This document shows, one piece after another, positions 53,373-64,000 of a stretch of DNA of 64,000 bases. The translations under genes were made by a program, and so were the position numbers. Origin of the DNA: Octopus sinensis (Eukaryota); contig NC_043018.1 of NCBI RefSeq assembly GCF_006345805.1, positions 16,864,001-16,928,000 of the forward strand. The letters run 5' to 3'. Each line of letters starts with the position of its first letter. The first letter of the stretch is position 1. The notes below the pieces were generated by a model. The model saw nothing but the letters and a program-made list of their open reading frames with translations, had not been told where the DNA came from and made no database searches.

Positions 53373-53691
53373 ATCAACATCATCATCATCATCATCATCC
53401 TCAACATCATCATCATCCTCAACATCATCAAATCATCATCATCATCATCCTCATCAACATCATTCATCGTCATCCTCATTATCATCATCGTCGTCATCAT
53501 CTCATCATATCATCATCATCATCATCATTCTCATCACCGCCACCATCATCATCATCATCATCATAACATCATCATCATTCATCATCATCATCAATCATCC
53601 ATCCATCGTCATCATCATTCATCATCATCATGTCGTCATCACCATCATCATCATCATCATCATTCATCATCATTCAGTCATCACCCCACAA

Positions 53692-53722
<31 letters not shown>

Positions 53723-54957
53723 CACACCACCATCATCATCATCATTCATCATCAACATCATTCATGTCATCATCAATCATCATCGTGCGTAATCATCATC
53801 AACATCATCATCATCATCATCATAATTCATCATCATCATCATCACCACCAATCATATCATCATCATCATCAAGATCATCATCATCATCATCATCATCATC
53901 TCCTCATCATCATCATCATCATCATTCATCATCTCATCATCATCATCATATCATCAAAACATCCTCATATCATCATCATATATCATACATCATCATCATC
54001 ATCACACCATCATCATCATCATCATCATCACATCATCATCGTCATCATCATCATCATCATCGTCGTCATCATCATCGCATCATTCTCATCATCATCTCAT
54101 CATTCATCATCACCACAATCAGTCATATCATCAATCATCATCATCCCATCATCATCATCATCATCTCACCACCATCATTCATCATCATCATCATCATCAA
54201 CATCATCCATCCTCATCATCATCATCAACATCACATCTGTCATCATCATCATCATCATCGCTCATCATCTCATCATCATCATCATCAATCAATCCTCATC
54301 ATCATCATCATAACATCATCACCACCAATCATCATCATCTCATCATCATCATCATCATCACCACAATATCATCCTCATATCATCATCAACATCATCATCA
54401 TCATATCACATCATCATCATCATCGTCGTCATCATCCATCAACATCATCATCACTCATCCACATCATCATATCATCATCATCAATCATCACCACCATCAT
54501 CATCATCATCATCATCAACATCATCATTAACCTCATGTATCAAATCATCATCTGTCATCGTCCTCATCAAAACATCATCATTCATCATCATCATCATCAT
54601 CATCATCGTCATCGTCGTCATCACCATCATCACAGCAGCAGCAGCATCAGCAGAAGCAGCCATTCATCATCATGGTCATCATCATCATCGTCATCGTCAT
54701 CATGATCGTCATCTCATCATCGGCATCTCATCATCATCACTCCTCATCATCATCATAATCATCATCATCATCATCGTCATCGTTCGTCATCAATCATCAT
54801 CATCATCATCAGCCACAATCAGCAAGCAGCAGCATCATCATCATGGTCATCATCATCATCGTCATCGTCATCATGATCGGTCTCCTCATCATCATCGCCA
54901 TCATATCATCATCAACATCATCATCGTCAACATCATCATCGTCATCATCGTCATCAA

Positions 54958-55007
<50 letters not shown>

Positions 55008-55371
55008 ACATCATCATCATCATCATCATCATCGTCGTCGTCGTCGTCATCATCATCATTATCGTCATCGTCATCACCATCATCATCATCATCATCATCG
55101 GCATCATCATCATCATCATCATCATCATGGTCATCATCATCATCGTCATCGTCATCATGATCGTCATCATCATCATCGGCATCATCATCATCATCAACAT
55201 CATCATCGTCAACATCATCATCGTCATCATCGTCATCGTCATCACCATCATCATCATCATCATCATCAGCATCATCATCATCATCATCATCATCATGGTC
55301 ATCATCATCATCATCATCATCATCGTCGTCGTCGTCGTGATCATCATCATCATCGTCATCATCATCGTCGC

Positions 55372-55414
<43 letters not shown>

Positions 55415-55450
55415 GTCACCATCACCACCACCATCATCAGCATCATTATC
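48282..55450. repeat. ~7.2-kb degenerate (CAT)n tract
   Basis: Direct read; CGT, CAA and CAC variants; indel-rich core. Confidence 0.97.
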
Positions 55451-55613
55451 GATGATTCGTTTTAACTGTTGCTCCTAACCCTTACTCTCCGATAATACCA
55501 CCTTCCCTTGTTATATATCATTTATCTTCCTCCTGTATTTTGTTCCTTTCCTTCTCTTTTCTCTTGTTTCTTGCTCTATTTTCGAGCTACGACTCACACA
55601 CCCCACCACCACC

Positions 55614-55661
<48 letters not shown>

Positions 55662-56059
55662 GTCGTCGTCGCCGTCGTTGGCGTCATCATCATCATCATC
55701 ATCATCATCATCTTCATCATCATCATCTTTAATTCCATCTTCAACTTCTTACTCAGATTCCTCTTATTTCTGCAAATATTCCTCATGCTTTTTTTCTTTC
55801 TTTCCCGACTCTTATTTCTTCTTCTTCTCCTCATCTCTCATCTCTTCCTCTTCCTCTTCCTCAGCATCATCTCCATCCTCAATTTCTTCTTCTTCATGTC
55901 CTCCGTGTTTTGCTTATTTTCGATTTAAAAAGAAGCAAAACTTTATTCAGCCATTTTCTCTCCTTCTTCCCGCTTTTTGCTGTTGTTTTGCTTCTTTCCT
56001 CCAGCCTGACTTTTTTAGAAACTTACCACCTTTTCCTCTTCTTTCCAACGTCACTTCTC

Positions 56060-56645
56060 TACCACCACCACCACCACCACCACCACTGCCGCCGCCACCA
56101 CCACCTACACCACCACTACCACTACCACCACCACTACCACTACCACCACCACCACCACCTACACCACCACCACCACCACCACCACCTACACCACCACCAC
56201 TACCACCACCACACCACCACCACCACCACCACCACCACCACCACCACAACCACAACCACCACCACCGCCACCACCACCACAAACAACACCTACACCACCA
56301 CCACCACCACCACCACCACCATCACCACAACCACCACCATCAACAACAACAACACTATTACCACCACCACCACCACCACCACAACCACCACCACCGCCAC
56401 CACCACCACCACCACCACCACACCCAACACCACCACCACCACCACCATCACCACAACCACCACCATCAACAACAACAACACTATTACCACCACCACCACC
56501 ACCACCACCACCACCTACACCACCACCACCACCTACACCACCACCGCCACCACTACCACCACCACTACCACCACCACTACCACCACCACTACCACCACCG
56601 CCACCCTCACCGCCACCACCATCACCACCACTACCACCACCACCT
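56060..56645. repeat. (ACC)n-rich tract with 126-bp internal duplication
   Basis: caacaacaacaacactatta recurs (ctatta at 56355 and 56481). Confidence 0.9.
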
Positions 56646-57164
56646 TCTTCCGTCGATTTATTCGCTTGGTCTTTCTTTTAACCGTTTCCATTTTTTCCGC
56701 TTATCTTCAGTTCTTATTTTCTCTTCTTCTCAAAAAAACTAAATATAAAGAAAAAAAAAACGTGTACAAGAAACGAAACAAAACAATAAATAAACACAGA
56801 AATAAACAAACAAATAAATGAAATCACTCCCCAAACCAGAAACTTTCATTAAATGCTATTAATCATTAATCTGTTTGATTGACATGTTGCTAATTGTAAC
56901 TGCCAAATTAAACAGGCTAGCAGCAAGATTTACAACACATATATTGAAACCCACTATAAAAATATAATTAACGGCGCCGTCTTCTCCTTCCCTTGTCGAA
57001 TAAAACTATTCTCCACCGCAGATTACAACGATCCACACCGAAGACAACTGTAAATTCTATTCTGGTTGTTCGATTTAAAATCTTTATAACGTGACTTGCT
57101 TCAGTTTTACCTTTTGCTGATTCTGTCGCCGGTAATGGAGATCATGTTATTTTTTTTTTATCGG

Positions 57165-57207
57165 TGTAATAATGATAATAATAATAATAATGATGATGAT
57201 GATGATG

Positions 57208-57252
<45 letters not shown>

Positions 57253-57294
57253 TTGATAATAATATTGATAATAGTAATAATAATAATAATAATA

Positions 57295-57326
<32 letters not shown>

Positions 57327-57685
57327 AGTACTATAATAATAATAATAATATGATGATGATGATGATGATGATGATAATAATAATAATAATAATAATAAAT
57401 AATAATAATAATAATGATAATAATAATAATGATGCTGATGATGAAGATGATGATGATGATGATGACAATAATAACAATAATAATAATAATGATAATAACA
57501 ACAACAATAATAATAATAATGATAATAATAATAACAACAACAACAACAACAACAACAATAATAATAATAATAATAATGATAATAATAATAATAATAATAA
57601 TGATAATAATAATAATAATAATAATGATAATAATCATAATGGTAATAATAATAATAATAATCATTATCATTATTATTATCATTTT
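57165..57685. repeat. Compound (AAT)/(GAT)/(AAC)n tract
   Basis: Direct read. Confidence 0.95.
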
Positions 57686-58519
57686 AATTTAACTTAAAAA
57701 AAAAAATGAACGAACTATTGAGTTTGGTGTAATGGCCTACCAATGTATACTATGAGTTTCTTTGCCCTAGGAGTCGGGAAGACACTCGGCAAGAAATGGA
57801 AGCAAATTTGAAAGAAGAAAAAAAAAAATAATAATAATAATAATAATGATAATAGTAATCATTATCATTGTTATAGACATCATCATTATTATCTTTATAG
57901 TTATCATAATAATTTTCATCGCCGTCGTCTTGACGTCACTGCCACCACCGCCGCTGCTTGCATCGCTATTTTCATCGTCACCACCGTCATCATTGTCATC
58001 ATTTTCATCGTTGCCGCCTTCATCGACATCGTCGTCGTCGTCGTCGTCATCTGCATTTGTCCTTGCAATTATTTAGTAATGACTAGAGTGCTATATTTCT
58101 GATAATAAATTTATATAAAATGAATTCCAAAAAGAAGTTAAAAAAAAAAAAAAGAAATTAAAATATTATATTTTCAGAGTCCTTTATTAGCTTTTCAATT
58201 ATGAGATTGCTGTAATTTTTGAAAATACAAGAAAAAAATAATAGCACTCAATATTAAATTTTTTTTTCCCCTTTTCATAATAATATATTTCGGTTAGAAA
58301 TGTTTGATTGTTTACCATTGTTGCGTTGAGTGCGTTATGTAATCATTGTTGCAGTTGTAGGGATTTTAAGTCATTTAAGGGGAAAAAACAAGGCTTATGA
58401 CAATAATGATTACAATAATGATAATAATTAGAATATTAACAACAACAACAACAATAGTTATAAAAACAACAACAGTGACAACAATAATCATTGTTATCTT
58501 TAATCTTATTGTTGTTCTT

Positions 58520-58586
<67 letters not shown>

Positions 58587-58612
58587 CATTATTACTATTA
58601 TTTCATTATTAA

Positions 58613-58661
<49 letters not shown>

Positions 58662-58740
58662 ATATTATTATTTTATTATTATTAATATTATTATGATTAT
58701 TATTATATTATTATTATGATTATTATTATTATTACTATCA

Positions 58741-58778
<38 letters not shown>

Positions 58779-58795
58779 TATTATTTATTATTATT
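58520..58795. repeat. (ATT)n tract
   Basis: Direct read. Confidence 0.95.
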
Positions 58796-60226
58796 TAGAA
58801 GAGAATCTCAAATCGCCAGATCGCTGGATTAATATGCCTTCCAGTATTTAGTGAAGCCACTTCGCTTGACCAATCGAAATTTTGCCGACCACATCTTTAT
58901 CACCCTACCTCGATATAATATATTGTTTTCTCACTCCACAACATGCAGGCTGCAACATATCATACAGGGCCTTGTGATTCCTTTGGGTGGAGGAGAAACG
59001 GATATGATTTATTGTACTCTAGTTTGTTATTGGGAATTGTCCGTCCCAAGTGGATTCTGATCGACATACAACTAAGATGAACATCATTGCTACTACGACC
59101 GAATCAACTTAATTTTGGACAAGATTTAAATAAAATACAGCATACTGTCTATCCTTTGTTTCTTTGTATGAAGGTCTCGCTTTGATTTGAGAGCGATTAG
59201 GCTGCTATTTACAGCCAATTAAGCGACTGCGAAGGTGCCTCCTCCTGTTGTCTTTCAAGGGGAAGGACGCTAAAAATTTCATTGAATTCCAAATCAGGAA
59301 CTAAAATATCGATTAATTTTATTCGATCACTATCGTTTTCTCCGGACTGCCTCGAGATTAAGTGGTGCCATTTTTCTACGCACCTAGTCAGTAATTAGTG
59401 TTCACAGTCTAATTAAAGTCTAGAGCAAAATTAATTAAAATAAACCATGGCAGCTGGGCTATTTTGCGATAAAAATCTTATCCCAAACATTAAAATTCTT
59501 GCACTTTCTCTAGGACTAATAAAACCATGCAACAGCAACCGGTTGAATTAAATCGAATTAATTAGATAATCCTTTTCCCATTAACATGACTCACGAGATG
59601 AGGTTCTTAACTGTGTTTAGTTACCTAAAGTTAATGATAATCTACTTAACGCTACTGCAGTCAGATTGTTAAATGTCCAGAAGTTATCTCGTCTAGAAAT
59701 TAGAAAGAGAAAAACAACGAAATAACAATCTGAAGAACAGTGAAGCAGCTGTTTTGATGATTTCTGTTGAACGAGGTGACGTAACAACTAGCATGGAGTG
59801 GACACTATATCTCACTATATTTCACACACAAACACACACAGTCGCTCATTCTCCGTCCCTCTCACGTTTTGCTGACTCCTCCGTCACTACATTATACTTG
59901 GACAGACGCACGTGCTAAAAATTTGCCAATTGTACGAAGAGAACAAAAATGGAGTCGATCGCTTGACTTGTCCCACCTCTGAATCACTGCATGTCAATAT
60001 AATCGGACGTTTATGCTTCACTGTGGGGCTACTGCAGTGAGAAGCTGCTTACCTGGAGTTTCACTTGAAAAACGGCTTAAAATCACCATAACAATCGAAC
60101 AATCAGAACCCGCATGAACCAATTCCTCCGCATACTAAAGATGTAATTGTAGCCAAACGTGGATCAACGCTTTCTTTAAATGATAAAAGAATTCGATAAG
60201 CTATTACTATTTTTTCCAACCAACAC

Positions 60227-60270
<44 letters not shown>

Positions 60271-60280
60271 AGGTCTCTCT

Positions 60281-60445
60281 GTAAGCAAGCATACTAATTA
60301 TACCAAGTTCCAAATAGATAAGAGCAGCGAATCGCTCCTTTGTAGGATGTGTAGCATCAGAAACGAAACAATGTCACATATTGAGAGTGTGTGTAGCAAA
60401 CTGGCCCAAAAGCACTACAAAAGGAGGCACGATAATGTGGCTAAG
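60281..60445 (+). mobile_element. R4/Dong-type retroelement fragment (CCHC zinc motif)
   Basis: TNYTKFQIDKSSESLLCRMCSIRNETMSHIESVCSKLAQKHYKRRHDNVAK. Confidence 0.8.
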
Positions 60446-60897
60446 TTCGGGGTCGTATAAATTAAGTACCTGTTACGGATTGAGGTCGATATAATCGACT
60501 TAATCCGTTTGTCTGTCCTTGTTTGTCCTCTCTGTGTTTAGCCCCTTGTGGGTAGTAAAGAAATAGGTATTTCGTCTGCCGTTCCGTTCTGAGTTCAAAT
60601 TCCGCCGAGGTCGACTTTGCCTTTCATCTTTTCGGGGTCTTTAAATTAAGTACCAGTTGCGCACTGGGGTCGATATAATCGACTTAATCCGTTTGTCTGT
60701 CCTTGTTTGTCCTCCCTGTTTTTAGCCCCTTGTGGGTAGTAAAGAAATAAGTATTTCGTCTGCCGTTACGTTCTGAGTTCAAATTCCGCCGAGGTCGACT
60801 TTGCCTTTCATCCTTTCGGTGTCTTTAAATTAAGAACCAGTTACGCACTGGGGTCGATGTAACCGACTTAATCCGTTTGTCTGTCCGTGTTTGTCCC
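60446..60897 (+). mobile_element. SINE family B head-less multimer (about 2.5 units, 184-bp period)
   Basis: gtatttcgtc at 60567 and 60751; junction aaagaaata-(g/a)gtatttcg as at 1001-1506. Confidence 0.9.
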
Positions 60898-60900
60898 GTA

Positions 60901-63123
60901 TTTTCTTGTATTCTTTCTGTGCCAGCATGCTACATTCACTTACTCTATGAGTAACGCTTTCCTCTTTCGATTTACACGACCTACATTGGAAATCTACCTG
61001 GTGTTTGTCTATCTTGGCTTTTATTCAGTTAGTCTTCTATGATTGATTTTTTTGATGTGCCTGACAAACTTCCTGTCTCCCTATTCAGACTTCCTTTCTG
61101 CAACCATAATCTTGTCTCACTATCACTATTTCCTGCAACTCTCTTTGGAAATCTACTATGCAAAGCCTTCTATTGCCAGTCAGATAATCGTGTTTCTTCT
61201 TTTCTAGTTTTAACTTTATTTCGTGTTTTGGTTTCCCTATGTCTTACTGTTACTCTAGCGGCTCTTTATAAATTTTCTTCACTATTACCTACATATCTAC
61301 TCTAGCTAATTCAAACAGTCTTCTACTGATATTAACCCTCTTCCATCTTCCTTTCTAATTAAGTATAATCTTGCTACTACTGCTCATGAATGAAGTCCCC
61401 AGTTCAATTCTTTCCTCAGTCCTCAGTTCAATTCCTTCCCAGTTCTTCTGTCTGGATTTAATAATTCAGAATTTGTCCAGCCTCAAAAAGCTGCTGAGTA
61501 TCTAAGTAATGATATTGTCCAAGTATTTACAACCTTCACTAGATTCGGACCATTCAGCTTTCACTTCATTAGCTTTTGTCACCTCGCTCGTGTGCCCCTC
61601 CTCAATTCTCTCTTTCATTTCTACATCTGTCAGATTCTAATACTCCATGTTACTTATAGCTCTCCTCTTCTTGCAGTGATTTTAATGCCTGGATATCTGT
61701 CCCGTTTTGTTATGACTAGTATTGCATGCTTATTTATGAGAAAAACGCCGCCGGCGTGGTGATCTCATTCTCGCTCACAACATCAAAAGCAGAAAGTGTA
61801 ACCTCTCGAAAGAGCTGTTCTTCACTCCTGCTCCAGAGCGTCGGCTGCGGGGTCATTCCGAAAAGCTCTATCTGCGATGATTTCATCTCAATCGAAGGAG
61901 AGGGGCTTTCTCCGTCCGGGTTGCGGATCCGTGGAACAAGCTGCCAGACGAGATGGTGAAGATGCCGACGACCGCTTTGTTCAAAGTCTCCCTTGACCTC
62001 AAGTGGCCTGAACTCTTTACAGGAACACCACCCTGTACATAACTCCATGTCCCCCTACATGGCCTTGCTTTTTGCTTTTTGCGCCAAAAATTAACTAACT
62101 AACTAACTAACTAACTATGACAAACCCCATACCAATATCCTTGCTGAAGAGCTTTGCAGATTATATTAAAGAATCTATCTCTTTTTCATTCTTACTAAAA
62201 TGCTTTGAACCATTCATATTGAGCAAATGGTTAATTTTTTCCTTTACTATCTCTAAACTGATACTCTGCCTTTGCCTTTCTCAAAACTAAACTGAAGGGA
62301 ATTAAGCGTAACACAATTATCAAAGGAGATAACGAGTCTCCTTGAAAAATACCCCTCTTGATATTAATCTGCCCAAAGGCTCTGTCACCTGAGTAGAGTT
62401 CTACTTTTCGTTTCTTCATGCTAAAGCTAATTAACTTATGTTATCTGCAATACTGAATATACTCAAACATTCACTTATCCACGCGTGTGGAATAATGTCA
62501 AAGGCTTTCTTATAAGCTATCCATGATATTGTTACATTTTTGCCTTTAATTTTCACTAATTTTAGAACAACTTTGTTTGAGTATAATATATCACGCATGC
62601 CTCTAATCTTCTTCCTACAACCTTTCTGTTGTTTTGGCAGCAAATTCTACTGTCAACGTGCTCGTAAATGGTTTCTGAAAGCATTCGTGTTAACAGCTTC
62701 CGCAATAAGCAAGTGATTGGTTCATAATTGCTAGCTATATTGCCCTTGCTTTCCTCTTTCATAAATAGTACTGTTCTCCATTTAGTCATCCAATCTGGTA
62801 TTAGTCCTCCATTCAGGCAACGCTGAAGATGTTCCCTCAGTCTTTCAATATAAGCTACTAAATTTCTGCAACCAATACCCTTCCAATTCGGCATTTTTCC
62901 TAACACTTCACTCACTAACGCATTAGTTAGTCTTATATCTGGCTGATCCCCACTTTCTAATTCCCTTAATTTCTTTAACCACACAGTATTTCTAAATATT
63001 TCTAAATATTACTCCAGATCCATCTAGATTCTTCTCTATTAGGTTTCTCATATTTTCTACATTATTTCCTGCATTATTTTCCTATTAAACTTCCTCTGTC
63101 CTCTCTCAAACAATGTCTGCGGT
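60901..63123 (-). mobile_element. R4/Dong-clade (RLE) non-LTR retrotransposon relic: RT, thumb, CCHC; inactive
   Basis: LGKMPNWK..IPDWMTKWRTVL..NYEPITCL..QQKGCR..WIAYKKAFDIIPHAWISECL..GIFQGDSLSPL..INHLLNMNG (dead FMDD)..ESYKYHG..KLNGPNL..RLYLIRKEDGRGLISVEDC..CRSCKSKEESVTHRVSECSMLAQKEYK; many stops and frameshifts; interrupted at 61740-62115. Confidence 0.9.
61740..62115 (+). mobile_element. 5'-truncated CR1/L2-group LINE 3' end with (TAAC)n tail, nested in the R4/Dong relic
   Basis: EKRRRRGDLILAHNI..ELFF..RLRGHSEKL..FSVRVADPWNKLPDEMV..FKVSLD; tatga at 61735-61739 and 62116-62120. Confidence 0.88.
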
Positions 63124-63549
63124 TACTCTTTTACTCTCTTTACTCTTTTACTTGTTTCAGTCATTTGACTGCGGCCATGCTGGAGCACTGCCTTTAGTCG
63201 AGCAAATCGACCCCGGGGCTTATTCTTTGTAAGTCCAGTACTTATTCTATCGGTCTCTTTTTGCCGAACCGCTAAGTGACGGGGACGTAAACACACCAGC
63301 ATCGGTTGTCAAGCAATGCTAGGGGGACAAACACAGACACACAAACATATACACACACACTTATATATATGTATACATATATACGACAGGCTTCTTTCAG
63401 TTTCCGTCTACCAAATCCACTCACAAGGCATTGGTCGGCCCGGGGCTATAGCAGAAGACACTTGCCCAAGATGCCACGCAATGGGACTGAACCCGGAACC
63501 ATGTAGTTGGTTAGCAAGCTACTTACCACACAGCCACTCCTGCGCCTAT
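63124..63549 (-). mobile_element. SINE family A, full length
   Basis: Near-identical to 400-830. Confidence 0.9.
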
Positions 63550-63773
63550 CTGATTCTGATATTTTCTCTTCTCATATCTGGAAAGCTTATTTGCTCTTGC
63601 TATTATACACTGCTTCAACTCTTCCATGACTATTCAGGAATAGCTTCCTCTATTTTTCTTGCATACATGCATATATATACACGCAAACATGCATATATAT
63701 ATACATGTACATGTATGTGTCCGCCCGTGCATGCCTGCTTATGTGCATTTGTGTGTTTTTGTGTATATGTGTT

Positions 63774-64000
63774 GGCGGCGAGCTGGCAGAAACGTTAGCA
63801 CGCCGGGCGACATGCGTAGCCGTATTTCGTCTGTCGTTACGTTGTGGGTTCAAATTTCGCCGAGGTCGACTTTGCCTTTCATCCTTTCGGGGTCGATAAA
63901 TTAAGTACCAGTTACGCACTGGGGTCGATATAATCGACTTAATACCTATGTCTGTCCTTGTTTGTCCCCTCTATGTTTAGCCCCTTGTGGGTCATAAAAA
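63774..64000 (+). mobile_element. SINE family B, full length to the window edge
   Basis: Family B head, core and tail. Confidence 0.9.

Noticed and set aside
48183-54705. Very long plus-strand ORFs (1161 aa, 1384 aa)
   Set aside because: CAT, ATC and TCA are never stops, so any (CAT)n tract is open in all plus frames; products are poly-H/I/S with frame drift

Overview
Eukaryotic, AT-rich, repeat-dominated, non-genic or intronic DNA. The repeat content looks like an octopus genome (inference from the tRNA-headed SINE families and very high microsatellite density; not database-checked). No intact protein-coding gene could be recognised, and nearly all ORFs in the track are microsatellite artefacts. 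Supported content: four tRNA-derived SINE families (labelled A, B, C, E here, several with target-site duplications); dead fragments of R4/Dong-type (RLE), CR1/L2-type, RTE-type and probably Penelope-like retroelements; two mariner relics; a local ~1.6-1.8 kb tandem duplication; and a 7.2 kb (CAT)n tract. Most interesting observations: (1) five minimal type-I hammerhead-ribozyme-like motifs from four unrelated repeat families, one nearly intact at 5882-5936; (2) several inverted-duplicated elements that end in (TA)n tracts; (3) SINE-B multimers with the same 184-bp period and essentially the same junction at two loci 59 kb apart; (4) a LINE 3' end sharing a 47-nt stem-loop tail with SINE A, which points to its partner LINE. 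All alignments, folds and coordinates were done by hand.
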